Assembly (NCBI GenBank): GCA_963700285.1 | Contig: CAVOXA010000010.1 | Span: forward strand, 1,056,001-1,120,000 | Reading direction: 5' to 3' | DNA from: an uncultured Chloroflexia bacterium | GTDB taxonomy: Bacteria; Chloroflexota; Anaerolineae; JAAYZQ01 | DNA: 64,000 nt | Shown here: positions 48,736 to 58,635 of the stretch, piece by piece | Position numbering within the stretch: position 1 is the first letter of the stretch | How the letters are laid out: every line of letters starts with the position of its first letter | Program-made: the position numbers and the translations under genes | Notes under the pieces: generated by a model | Seen by the model: the letters and a program-made list of their open reading frames with translations, nothing else | What the model was told of the DNA's origin: nothing | Database searches by the model: none

Positions 48736-49980
48736 ATGCGCAAGAAAAAGTACCGGCACCGACACCATCCGCCCTGGTGGGATGAGGACCATAGGAAAGG
48801 ATGGGCGGAGGGACACTCCCACGCACCGGCCTGGTGGGACATGGAACATTGGCAGGAAGGGAAAGATGGACCGCCCCTGCCCCCCTGGGCGAAACACAGA
48901 TGGAACAATCGTGAATGGCGTCACGGAGACAAAGCCCTCTTTGCTCGCTTTGCCATCGCCTTTGGCCTCTTGGTGTTGCTGGGCTGCGGCGCGTTGCTGG
49001 CTTTCGTCGCAGGGCTTATGTTTCTGGTGCGCCAGCCGCCTGGTGCCGACCCCCGCCCCTTTCGTCTCGTGCTCCTGCTGGTGGGTGCCTTTTTCCTTTT
49101 TGTCATTGCCTTTCGCCTGGTGGGCCGCTTTGTGGCCAAACGGATGACTGGGCCGCTAAATGAGACGATGCAGGCTGCGGACGCCATCGCCGGTGGAGAT
49201 CTGTCGGCCCGGGTATCGGCAGAAACCAGCGGCGAGTTCCATCGCTTCACTCGCTCCTTCAACCGCATGGCCAACGCCCTGGAGACCGCCGATCGGCAGC
49301 GGCGTGAGCTGCTGGCCGACGTGGCCCACGAGCTGCGTACGCCGCTGACCATCATCCGGGGCAACTTGGAGGGCCTGCGGGACGGCGTTTATGAGCTTAC
49401 ACCAGAACACCTGGAACTGGTGCTCGACGAGACGGACAAACTCAGCCGCCTGGTGGAGGATCTGCGCCTCCTGACCCTGGCAGAGGCTGGCCAGCTCGTC
49501 CTGGATGCACAGTCACTGGACGTGCTGCAACTTCTGGCTGACGTGCGCGAAGCTTTTGCCTGCCAAGCAGGCGAGGCAGGGGTGACCCTGTGCACCCATA
49601 CTCCAGACTCGCTGCCATCTCTGGTGGCCGACCCCCAGCGCCTGGGGCAGGTACTGGGCAACCTGGTGGGCAACGCCCTGCGGCACACACCTGCCGGCGG
49701 GCAGATCACCCTCGGAGCAGAACTGGCAACCGCGGATGCAGTGCGGCTATGGGTAGCCGACACCGGGGCGGGCATCCTTCCAGAGGACATGCCTCGTATC
49801 TTTGACCGCTTCTGGCGCGGTGATCCGGCACGTAGCCACGAAACGGGCGAGGGCATGGGCCTGGGCTTGGCCATTGCCAAGGGGTTGGTCGAAGCTCATG
49901 GTGGCCGGATCTGGGCTGAGAGCGAGGTAGGACAGGGGACATCCATCTCCTGCATGCTGCCCCTGCAAGGTCACGCCTAG
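48736..49980 (+). CDS. HAMP-domain sensor histidine kinase (BaeS-like)
   Basis: Two TM helices, HAMP domain, AHELRTPL, NALRH, DTGAG and G.GLGLAI. His/Trp-rich N-terminus. Confidence 0.94.
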   Translation: MRKKKYRHRHHPPWWDEDHRKGWAEGHSHAPAWWDMEHWQEGKDGPPLPPWAKHRWNNREWRHGDKALFARFAIAFGLLVLLGCGALLAFVAGLMFLVRQPPGADPRPFRLVLLLVGAFFLFVIAFRLVGRFVAKRMTGPLNETMQAADAIAGGDLSARVSAETSGEFHRFTRSFNRMANALETADRQRRELLADVAHELRTPLTIIRGNLEGLRDGVYELTPEHLELVLDETDKLSRLVEDLRLLTLAEAGQLVLDAQSLDVLQLLADVREAFACQAGEAGVTLCTHTPDSLPSLVADPQRLGQVLGNLVGNALRHTPAGGQITLGAELATADAVRLWVADTGAGILPEDMPRIFDRFWRGDPARSHETGEGMGLGLAIAKGLVEAHGGRIWAESEVGQGTSISCMLPLQGHA

Positions 49981-50020
49981 ACAGATCTCACGCCTCGCCC
50001 GTCGTCCCTCTGCCCTGTGT

Positions 50021-50048
50021 TTGACTTTTCCCCAGTTCATGTTATAAT
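50021..50048 (+). promoter_or_regulatory. Sigma70 promoter
   Basis: TTGACT-16-TATAAT with an extended TG. Confidence 0.65.
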
Positions 50049-50251
50049 CCCCTTCGTATTTGACCAGGGGAATTGATTCACTTTGCTTCTGGTTCATTTT
50101 GGTGGCTTCAACGGCACGAGCGTTTCAGGATCTCCCGTACAAACAGCCTGCCAGGGAGAAACCACCCTTTTCTTGCCGGCACCATAGCCTTACCGATCTT
50201 GGGCGAAAGGATGGTAGACACAAGCGTATGGGCTCTGTGCAGGAGAGAACC

Positions 50252-51481
50252 ATGAGGCGAGGGTGCTGTTTGCTGGCGCTGTTCGCTCTGATAGTGCTCT
50301 TGGGTGGTAGCTGGGGAGTGGCCCAAGCCGAACCACCAGCTCCCCTAACGCCGCCCAACCCAGTTTTGCCTCTACAGCAATCTGCCATTGTGGCAGACGC
50401 TGTCCCAGCCTCCCCAGTACAAGTTCTGGGCCTTCCGCCTCTGAAGGCCGTTCTGGTCGTGGGTCCCCTTGATGAGAATGGCCCTCAAACGAGCCAGCAA
50501 AAGGTCAACATGGATACGGCCGCCTATGAGCTTGAAGCTCATGGCGTGACCGTTCATAGGTTCTACTCACCCAGCAACGACTGGGACCAGATCAGGGCAG
50601 CGGCTCGCGGAGCGCACTTTTTCCTGTACCGGGGCCACGGAGTCTATCAACCTCCCATGCCCAATCCAGATGTGGGTGGCTTTGCCCTGCACGATAGCTT
50701 CATACTGCCGGATACCATGCGAAGTGACTTGGAGCTTGCTCCAGGCGCCATCGTGATGCTGTACGGTTGCTTCACTGCAGGCACATCTGCTCTTGATGAA
50801 GGTGGAATCAGTAGCCAGGAAGCCACGCGCCGTGTCAGCCAGTATTCCGCTCCCTTCATCGATGTGGGTGCTGCAGGTTACTATGCCAATTGGTTCGATG
50901 ACGCTTTCCAGCAGCTCGTACGCTATCTCTTCCAGGGCATGACACTAGGGCAAGCCTACGAGTCCTTCTATGATTTTACCCAGGCCACGGTCGAGCGACA
51001 TCCCTACCCCGATCATCCAGAATTGAGCATGTGGCTGGACAAGGACCTCTGGTGGGAAGCCTGGCAGTACAACTATGCCTTTGTTGGCCAGCCCGACCAA
51101 ACGTTGCAGAGTCTGTTTGGACTACCAGAGATGGAGGTAAAGCCAGCGGAGATCGTACACATGGCGGAGCCTGGATCATCACCTCAGACCTTCAAACTAA
51201 AAGTCGGCAACACGGGCCCGGGGGAATTTTCCTGGACAGCCATGCTGACACCCACAACTCGGTGGCTAGACGTGCAAACCTTGAACGGCACCAGCGGACA
51301 GGATCTGAGCGTCGTCGTCGATCCTGCCAAGAAAAAGCCGGGTACCTATCAGATCGAACTCCGCATTGTCGCCGATGATCCCAACATTAGGAATAGGGAC
51401 CAAACCGTCTCAATCACTCTGCATGTCAAGAAAGACCTGCACAGCACCTACCTTCCCACGATCCGTAGATCAGCCCCGTAG
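50252..51481 (+). CDS. Secreted protein with a BACON/Ig-like C-terminal domain and a Chloroflexota-type 'YLP' tail
   Basis: Signal peptide ending AQA, alpha/beta domain with YRGHG and LYGCFTAG, beta-rich module (VGNTG..FSW..WL...PGTY), ends STYLPTIRRSAP. Confidence 0.78.
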   Translation: MRRGCCLLALFALIVLLGGSWGVAQAEPPAPLTPPNPVLPLQQSAIVADAVPASPVQVLGLPPLKAVLVVGPLDENGPQTSQQKVNMDTAAYELEAHGVTVHRFYSPSNDWDQIRAAARGAHFFLYRGHGVYQPPMPNPDVGGFALHDSFILPDTMRSDLELAPGAIVMLYGCFTAGTSALDEGGISSQEATRRVSQYSAPFIDVGAAGYYANWFDDAFQQLVRYLFQGMTLGQAYESFYDFTQATVERHPYPDHPELSMWLDKDLWWEAWQYNYAFVGQPDQTLQSLFGLPEMEVKPAEIVHMAEPGSSPQTFKLKVGNTGPGEFSWTAMLTPTTRWLDVQTLNGTSGQDLSVVVDPAKKKPGTYQIELRIVADDPNIRNRDQTVSITLHVKKDLHSTYLPTIRRSAP

Positions 51482-51503
51482 CAGCCAAGATACGCGGGAG
51501 TGC

Positions 51504-51532
51504 AAAGGGACCTCCATCTGGAGGTCCTTTTT
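51504..51532. terminator. Intrinsic terminator between convergent genes
   Basis: AAAGGGACCTCCA-TC-TGGAGGTCCTTTTT. Confidence 0.75.
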
Positions 51533-51607
51533 GGTGTCACCTATCAAGAAACTAGCAGCCCCCGTTTCCGAGTGGGGGTTGGAGCACCTTCAGATAGGTA
51601 TCCGGCG

Positions 51608-51871
51608 CTACACTGTCAGGCGTCCAGCAGCCATCGAGCCCTTTTCCGTTAGCGACCAAAGCTTCCCCGGACCTGTGACCGAGCATCCACCCATCGAGCA
51701 ACCGGAACAGTGCCCACCACAGCCATCGTCCACAGCGCGCAGGTATCCAAGCCTCGCCAGATCCTCCAGCATCGCTTCCAGAAATGGCCGAGAGATACCC
51801 AATTGCTCTGTGAGATCCTCATAGCTGTGGATCCCACCGCTGGCCACGAGCTGCAACATTCGCTCCAGCAT
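51608..51871 (-). CDS. feoC: FeoC-like winged-helix protein with a Cys cluster
   Basis: LTEQLGIS..LEAMLEDLARLGY followed by CGGHCSGCSMGGC. Directly downstream of feoB. Confidence 0.8.
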   Translation of the reverse strand: MLERMLQLVASGGIHSYEDLTEQLGISRPFLEAMLEDLARLGYLRAVDDGCGGHCSGCSMGGCSVTGPGKLWSLTEKGSMAAGRLTV

Positions 51872-51873
51872 GA

Positions 51874-53933
51874 TCAGATCAGGCTCGCTACATTGTAGAC
51901 GGCGATACCAGCCGCCAGGGATATGCTCAGCAGCAGACCTACGCTGAACGCCGTCCAAGCCCAACTCTTGGTCTCCTGTTTGATGGCCGCGACGGTGGCC
52001 ACGCAGGGGACAAAAAGCATCTGCACGACCAGAAAGGCCAGCGCTGCTGAGGGTGTCAAGACGCCAGCCAGGCTTGCACCCAGCCCGGCCGCTTCCTCGC
52101 CCGTACCAAAGAGGATACCCATCGTGGCAATCGCGTTCTCCTTGGCCACAAAACTGGTCAACAGGGCTACCATCATGGGCCAGTCCAGCCCCATCAGTTC
52201 CCCCAGCGGGGCCAACGCCTTGCCCACACTAGCCAGGTAACTGGTCTGGATCTGGCCGTAGGGCAGAGTCGACAACGCCCAGATGACAACCGACATGATC
52301 AGGATCAGCGAACCGGCCTTTTTAAGGAATTCGACGCATGTTTTGCCAGACCTGGATGCCTATGGTCCGGGTGTTGGGACGATGGTAGAGGGGCAGCTCC
52401 ATGATAAAGGCTGCCCGCTCGCCCTTGAGGACCCACCGGTTGACCAGCACGCCCACCACCGCCAGCACAAACAGGGACATGGCGATCAAGCCCCAAGCCA
52501 CCAAAGCAGCAGCGCCCCCGAAAAAGATGGGGGTGATGAACACGATGACCGCCATCCGCGCGGCACAGGGTACCAGCGGTGCCAGCAAGATCGTCAGCAG
52601 CCGAGCACGGCGCGAGTCGATGATGCGCGTGCCCATCACTGCCGGTACGTTGCAGCCAAAACCCAGGAAGAGGGGCAAGAAGCTCTTGCCATGCAAGCCC
52701 CATCAGGTGCATGAAGCGGTCCATCACGTAGGCAGCGCGGGCCATGTAGCCCATATCCTCCAACAGAGCCAGAACGGCAAAAAAGATGACAAGGATGGGC
52801 AGAAAGGTGATCACGGTCCCAGCCCCACCGATGATACCATCCACCACCAGACCGCTGAGCCAGGCGGGCGCACCCGCCAGCAAGCCGGAAGCTGATATCG
52901 GCCAGGGTGCCAACCACGTAGGTCTCCAGGAGCTTTTGCAAAGGTGTGCCGATGGCAAAGGTCAGCCAGAACACCACACCCAGGATGGAGGCCAGGATGG
53001 CCAGCCCCCACAGGGGGTGGGTCGCCCAGCGGTCCAGACGTTCGGTGAGGGTGATCTGGCCAACGCGCGGTCGCGTCACGGCTGCTCGGATCATGCGCCC
53101 CACCCAGTCATAGCGCCCGCTGGCCACTGCCAGCACGGCGTCCTCATGGGCCATCAGGATCTCGTGAACCTGATCCCACCGTTCGGCAGGCAGATACTCG
53201 TCGCGCATCATGGCCGTGATCTCGACGTCGCCCTCCAACAACTTGAGGGCCACCCAATCGCCGGGATAGGGGGCCGGCACCCAGTCGGCCACCAGGCATC
53301 TGGATCTCGGTCCAGGACCTCGCGGTGGTCATCGCGGATCTCGGGCAGATTGGGTTGGTAGGGGATCTCGACCCCGGGCCAACTGGTCCACAGTTTCCAC
53401 CAGCTCGCGCAGCCCTTTATTCTTGGCTGCGACCATGGACACCACGGGTACGCCCAGCGCCGCCTCCAAGACCCGGGGTTCGACATTCATCCCCTCGTCG
53501 GCGGCCACATCCACCATGTTCAGCCCCACCACCACACGTGAGGGCAGAGGCAGCAACTCGGCCACCAGGTACAGGTTCCGCTCCAGCGACGCCGCGTTGA
53601 CCAGAGCCATCACCACATCGGGCCGCTCCTTGATGATGATAATCACGGGCGATGACCTCTTCTGCCGAGTTGGCAGTCAGGCTGTAGGTACCCGGAAGAT
53701 CCACCAGATGGAGCGTCGTACCGTTGAAACGATAGGCTACCCGTCTTCTGCTCGACGGTCTTGCCCGGCCAGTTGCCGACGTGCTGGCTCAGGCCCGTCA
53801 GCAGGTTAAATACAGTGGACTTGCCCACGTTGGGCTGACCAGCAAGCGCCACCGTCAGCGTCACTTCTCCGTTGAGCACAGCCTCTGCCCGGTTGGCTAC
53901 ATCCCTGACCCGTTCAGCCTCAACGGCCATCAT
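51874..53933 (-). CDS. feoB: Ferrous iron transporter B, multiple frameshifts
   Basis: Fragments carry [63 protein letters not shown] and PCVAT. Confidence 0.9.
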
Positions 53934-54193
53934 CCCCTCCCGCCAGCCGTTCGACGAGGATCTTGTTGGCTTCACCGCGCCCCAGTGCTACCCGCGTATC
54001 GCGTAGGCTGACGATGATGGGCCCGTGCCCATAGTTCTGGACCACCCGCAGGTGGGCGCCGGGTGTGAAGCCCAAGGATGCCAGGCGGCTCAGAAAACCA
54101 TGACCCGCCTTGCATCTTGCGTATCTGCGCCGCTTCTCCGGTACGCACAGCACTGAGGCTCTCACCATCTGTTCTTATCGTCTTTGATTCCAT
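53920..54193 (-). CDS. feoA: Ferrous iron transport protein A, frameshifted
   Basis: LSAVRTGE.. then [10 protein letters not shown]...[20 protein letters not shown]. Confidence 0.85.
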
Positions 54194-54298
54194 GCTCACG
54201 TGTTTTCCCGTAGGAGATTTGGTTCTGCAGCACCTGCACCATCTCGATCCCAACAGCCAACACCGGCAACTGGATCGTAACTACAGGACAAGCTGCAA

Positions 54299-54329
54299 GA
54301 AAAACGACCCCCGGCCCTTTCAGGGGCCG
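54299..54329 (-). terminator. Possible terminator or attenuator between fur and feoA
   Basis: Minus strand CGGCCCCTGAAAGGGCCG hairpin, followed by GGGGTCG and a T-run. Confidence 0.4.
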
Positions 54330-54332
54330 CTC

Positions 54333-54806
54333 TCAGCCTGGCCGGGCAGACCCATTCAGTCCGCGATGGCAACAATCGGCGCAATAGCCGGCCAGTTCCA
54401 CATGTGTACTGGCAATCTCAAAGCCATGGGCCTCACTTGCTGCCACTGCAGCCTCGGAAAAGACAGCGATGTCTACCTCGATCACCCGCCCGCAAGCCAG
54501 GCACACCAAGTGAGAGTGCTCATCCTTGCTGTCCAACTCATAATGGTGGTGCTCCTCATCCAGATGCAACTCGTGCACCACGCTGGCCTCTTTGAGGACG
54601 CTCAAGGTCCGGTAAACAGTGGAAAGGCTGAGGCTCGCATCCTGGCCCCGGCCGCGTTCATAGATATCGTAGGCATCCAAATGCCCGGAGCCAAGATTCT
54701 CACTGGCCTGGGCCAAGATGGTCAGGACCAGCCTGCGCTGGGGCGTGATCCGTTTGCCTGCCGCTCTCAAGCGGCGCTCACCAACAACTACCAGATCGTC
54801 CATCAA
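54333..54806 (-). CDS. Fur-family transcriptional regulator
   Basis: Motifs RITPQR, SLSTVYRTL, H.HLVCLACG and GYCADC. Confidence 0.92.
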   Translation of the reverse strand: MMDDLVVVGERRLRAAGKRITPQRRLVLTILAQASENLGSGHLDAYDIYERGRGQDASLSLSTVYRTLSVLKEASVVHELHLDEEHHHYELDSKDEHSHLVCLACGRVIEVDIAVFSEAAVAASEAHGFEIASTHVELAGYCADCCHRGLNGSARPG

Positions 54807-54850
54807 CTGCCCAGTCTCGACGCTGCCGCCCGTGGTCTACAATACTTGGA

Positions 54851-54873
54851 TTGCAAATGCGAATCATTTGCAA
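54851..54873. promoter_or_regulatory. Fur-box-like palindrome
   Basis: TTGCAAATG-CGAAT-CATTTGCAA, a perfect 9-5-9 inverted repeat just downstream of the fur-feo promoter. Confidence 0.8.
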
Positions 54874-54884
54874 CTTCAGACCAC

Positions 54885-54913
54885 ACTATACATCAAGTCA
54901 CCATGGGTGTCAA
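54885..54913 (-). promoter_or_regulatory. Sigma70 promoter of fur-feoABC
   Basis: Minus strand TTGACA-17-TATAGT. Confidence 0.75.
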
Positions 54914-55074
54914 ATCTCCGTTACCTGGAGCTGGGGCCAACATGGGAGCGGAAGTTGATCTGCCTTGAAAAGTAGATGGGCAAATGGACCCAAATGGTGT
55001 ATACTGGCGGGGGCGAATCCGAGCGGATGCTTGAACACGTACCTTTGAGCACAATGAGAGGAGATTGGCAAGGC

Positions 55075-55710
55075 ATGAGTACGAAAACGATCCTTTGCTA
55101 CGGCGACTCGAACACGTGGGGTTGGAATCCAGCCACGGAGGACCGCTATGCCCGGGACGAGCGCTGGCCGGGCGTCCTCAGGCAAGAGTTGGGCGATGGC
55201 TACCTGGTCATCGAAGAGGGCCTGAACGGACGAACAACCGTGTGGGACGATCCTATCGAAGGCTACAAGAACGGGAGGGAATACCTGGTCCCCTGCCTGG
55301 AGACGCACAAGCCCCTCGACCTGGTCATCATCATGCTGGGGACCAACGACCTGAAAGCCCGCTTTTCCCTGCCAGCCTGTGACGTCGCAGCCGGAGCGGG
55401 CGTTCTGGTCGATATCGCCCTGAAGAGCGAGACAGGCCGCGGGGGCAGCGCGCCGGCAGTCCTGCTCATAGCACCACCGCCCTTTGGGGCACTATCAGAT
55501 TTCGCCGAAATGTTTGGAGGAGGCGCGCTCAAATCCCAGGGGCTAGGCAAGCACTACCGCCTGGTCGCTGAGGAACGCGGGTGCGACTTTTTTGATGCCG
55601 CTGAGGCCATCGTCTCCAGCGACCTCGACGGGATCCACCTCGATTTGGACGAACAGCGCAAGTTGGGACAGGCGGTCGCCAGCATTGCACGGCAGATCCT
55701 GGCAAGATAG
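55075..55710 (+). CDS. SGNH/GDSL hydrolase
   Basis: Motifs CYGDSNTWG, EEGLNGRT, MLGTND and DGIH. Confidence 0.92.
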   Translation: MSTKTILCYGDSNTWGWNPATEDRYARDERWPGVLRQELGDGYLVIEEGLNGRTTVWDDPIEGYKNGREYLVPCLETHKPLDLVIIMLGTNDLKARFSLPACDVAAGAGVLVDIALKSETGRGGSAPAVLLIAPPPFGALSDFAEMFGGGALKSQGLGKHYRLVAEERGCDFFDAAEAIVSSDLDGIHLDLDEQRKLGQAVASIARQILAR

Positions 55711-55739
55711 CCACCACCTACTCTGAGAGGAGCCTGTCG

Positions 55740-56666
55740 ATGGCGGAAATCTTGGTCGTGGGCAGCCTGAACATGGATCTGGTGATCAAAGCAGATCGGA
55801 TGCCCTTGCCTGGGGAGACGATACCAGGTCATGGCTTTCAAACCATCCCGGGGGGTAAGGGGGCCAATCAGGCAGTAGCAGCCGCCCGGTTGGGTGGCCA
55901 GGTAGCGATGGCCGGGCGGGTAGGCGATGATGATTTCGGAATAGCCCTGGTCGAGAACTTGAGCCTGCAAGGGGTGGATACCAGCCCTGTTCAGGTGGAT
56001 GGCGAGGCCGCGACCGGTATCGCCCTGATCATCGTCGACCAAAGGGGCGAGAACAGCATCGTCGTGGCAGGCGGCGCCAACCTCCGCGTGAGCCCAAAGG
56101 ACGTCGACGCCCTTGCCGGACTGTGGCCCCGGGCCAAACTGTTGCTGCTACAGTTTGAGGTGCCACTGGAGACAGTCGCGTATGCGATGGCAAAGGCTGC
56201 CCATTACGGAGTAAAAGTCCTCCTGAACCCAGCCCCCGCGCGTGCCGTATCGCTACAACTTCTGTCCCAGGTAGACTATTTGGTCCCCAACGAGATCGAG
56301 GCATCCATGCTGAGTGGAATAGAGGTCAGGGATCTGGCCTCGGCCGAGGGAGCCGCGCGCAAGCTGCTGGGCTACGGTGTGCCGGTGGTCATTGTCACCC
56401 TGGGCGAGAAGGGGGCCCTGGTGGTGACCGGGGAGCAAGTCGTCCACGTGCCTGCCTGGCAGGTTGACGCTGTGGATACTACGGCGGCCGGCGATGCCTT
56501 CAATGGTGGGCTGGCCGCGGCCCTCCTTCAGGGATTCGACCTGAAGGAAGCGGTCCGATATGCGACCTGTGCCGGCACACTGGCGGCGACCACATTCGGC
56601 GCCCAAACCTCATTGCCCACGGCCGGGGAGGTACAGGCCTTCTACCGGAGAGGCACTCCAACGTAA
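55740..56666 (+). CDS. rbsK: Ribokinase
   Basis: Motifs VGSLNMD, GGKGANQA, NPAP, PNE.E and DTTAAGDAF. Confidence 0.92.
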   Translation: MAEILVVGSLNMDLVIKADRMPLPGETIPGHGFQTIPGGKGANQAVAAARLGGQVAMAGRVGDDDFGIALVENLSLQGVDTSPVQVDGEAATGIALIIVDQRGENSIVVAGGANLRVSPKDVDALAGLWPRAKLLLLQFEVPLETVAYAMAKAAHYGVKVLLNPAPARAVSLQLLSQVDYLVPNEIEASMLSGIEVRDLASAEGAARKLLGYGVPVVIVTLGEKGALVVTGEQVVHVPAWQVDAVDTTAAGDAFNGGLAAALLQGFDLKEAVRYATCAGTLAATTFGAQTSLPTAGEVQAFYRRGTPT

Positions 56667-56707
56667 CAGCAGGACAGAGAAGCGATCCCCGCGGGGCTCC
56701 TGGCGGA

Positions 56708-57166
56708 CTATTGCTCTAGCTGCTTGAGGATCAATCTGGCCCAAGCTCTCGCCCGCTCGATCTCGCCGTCGTACAGGGGGCCTTCTCTCTCGATGACATG
56801 AAAAGTCTCTGGTGGGACGGCGCGCTTGCCCCCAAGCTGGCGAAGCCTTTTGTCAAGCTTGCGGGCCGCGGTAAAACGGACCAGCCAGGCAGACATCTTG
56901 TAGGAGGTATCAAAGGCCGCCACCGGTGTGCCGCGCAAGGTTCGTCGAGGAAATACTTCGAACACAGGTCGAACCGCCTCCGGCAGGTTCATGCGATGCG
57001 TGGGGCTGCCCATGATCACAAGATCGCTCCCGGTCAGGTCAGAGACAGTCATCTCGTCCATGGAGACTGCAGAGGCCGTTCCTTGCGAACCAATCGTTCC
57101 AGCGATCGCCTCGGCGACCTGTTGGGTATTGCCAAAATTGGAAAAATAGACAACCAGGACATTCAT
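56708..57166 (-). CDS. Flavodoxin-like protein
   Basis: Motifs VYFSNFGNT, GSPT, AAFDT and GPL.DGE.ERA..W. Confidence 0.85.
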   Translation of the reverse strand: MNVLVVYFSNFGNTQQVAEAIAGTIGSQGTASAVSMDEMTVSDLTGSDLVIMGSPTHRMNLPEAVRPVFEVFPRRTLRGTPVAAFDTSYKMSAWLVRFTAARKLDKRLRQLGGKRAVPPETFHVIEREGPLYDGEIERARAWARLILKQLEQ

Positions 57167-57207
57167 CGGCAGACCTCCCAAACAAGCCATAGATGGGGCC
57201 AACGCGC

Positions 57208-58011
57208 TTAGGTCACAAACCTGGCTATTAAGGAACCGGCAAGGCGGGCGGACGCTACCTTCGCACGGTTGGATTTGTGGTGAACATAGAATTCTTGGTG
57301 AGGCTCCGTCCAGCCGCAGGTTCTCCAGTATTCGAGGTCGATCGAGTCCTCTGTCGCCCGTTGCCAATACCGCTGCTGGATACTGAAGGTCATCAGGGAC
57401 AGAAAGGACGGCTTGGCAAACCGCCGCTCATGGACGGCGTCAAAGAGTTCCTGAGCAATCCTTGCTGTCTTGTTCAAATAGCGGGATTCTACTTCACCCC
57501 GGTGCATCAAGGCCCCAGCCTTGAACCCTGCCTGTCCCACGATATAGAAGCCCCAAGATCGCAGCGCCATGTTGAGTGTTCTCAGCCCATGCGCCGCTGG
57601 CCCGTTCCCAACCGTGGCCACGAGATAGGCGCACTTGCCGGCAAACTCTGGGCGATGGCATATGTACGCCAGCCGGTCCATCCAGTTTTTCGTCGTCCCG
57701 CTCACATCGTTGACATAGACCGGACTGGCAACGATCAGGCCATCGGCCTCTTTCATCCCGGCTTTGATGGCTTTCAGGCTGTCTTGCAGGGGGCACTTTT
57801 CCTCGCCTTCATCAAAACAAACCCGGCATCCCTGGCACATGCGGATTTCCTTATGTCCCAGAAAAAGGGTCTGTATGTCTAACACGGTGCCGCTGCGGGC
57901 CGCCAGTGTGCGAAGATGGGCTTCGATCAAGCTCACAACTTGAGCGGTATTCCCGTTCTTCCGGTAGCTGCCTACAAGCGCCAGGATTCTCATACGATTC
58001 TTCCTCGCCAT
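57208..58011 (-). CDS. NAD(P)H-dependent FMN reductase / iron-sulfur flavoprotein-like protein
   Basis: Motifs GSYRKNGNT, CQGCRVC...CP, ASPVY and KNWMDR. Confidence 0.85.
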   Translation of the reverse strand: MARKNRMRILALVGSYRKNGNTAQVVSLIEAHLRTLAARSGTVLDIQTLFLGHKEIRMCQGCRVCFDEGEEKCPLQDSLKAIKAGMKEADGLIVASPVYVNDVSGTTKNWMDRLAYICHRPEFAGKCAYLVATVGNGPAAHGLRTLNMALRSWGFYIVGQAGFKAGALMHRGEVESRYLNKTARIAQELFDAVHERRFAKPSFLSLMTFSIQQRYWQRATEDSIDLEYWRTCGWTEPHQEFYVHHKSNRAKVASARLAGSLIARFVT

Positions 58012-58012
58012 A

Positions 58013-58627
58013 TTATTCTCTCTTGTCGAGCGCGTGCAGGACGAAGGCGGCGACCTGCGCGGCATCCAACCAGACCCGCCCCTCCTCGCTAACCTGGGAG
58101 CCAGTGCCTAGGTAGATGGTCATCAGCAACAAGGCAGTGGCATCGGGATCTATCTGCCGAAAGCAGCCCTGCGCGACACCGGGGATGAGGATGTCCCTGC
58201 TGACGAACCGAAACATTGGCTGATAGGCCGCGTACATTCGCTGTTTAAACTCGACGTCGGGGCCATAGAGAGTATTGATCATGACGCGTGCTTGAGCTAG
58301 ATGGTCCGTCACATAGGCGAACCCTGCCTCAAAGAAACGCCCCAGCCGACGGCGCGGATCCTCTTCCTGTTGAACATGACCCATGATGAAAGTCAGATGG
58401 GCATTGGCGACCTCGTCAATGATGGCAAACATGAGTGATCTCTTGCTGTCAAAATAGTTGTAGACCGTACCTTTGGCGAACCCAGCCGTCCTGGATATAC
58501 GATTGATGTTCGCGCCCACATACCCTTCGCGGGCAAACTCTGCTGTCGCTGCCTCTAGCAACAACGTCCGGGTTTCACCGCGGACTTGATCGCGTTCAGA
58601 CTCTTTGTGGCGTGGCATAGGGTCCAT
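58013..58627 (-). CDS. TetR/AcrR-family regulator
   Basis: LLEAA..EFAREGY...INRIS..AGFAKGTVYNYFDSK. Confidence 0.92.
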   Translation of the reverse strand: MDPMPRHKESERDQVRGETRTLLLEAATAEFAREGYVGANINRISRTAGFAKGTVYNYFDSKRSLMFAIIDEVANAHLTFIMGHVQQEEDPRRRLGRFFEAGFAYVTDHLAQARVMINTLYGPDVEFKQRMYAAYQPMFRFVSRDILIPGVAQGCFRQIDPDATALLLMTIYLGTGSQVSEEGRVWLDAAQVAAFVLHALDKRE

Positions 58628-58635
58628 CTCTTCAT

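Noticed and set aside
573-54193. Programmed ribosomal frameshifting, or true pseudogene status, for the split genes
   Set aside because: The breaks lack consistent slippery sites, occur in unrelated gene families, and are single-base insertions where resolved. Sequencing error is more parsimonious.
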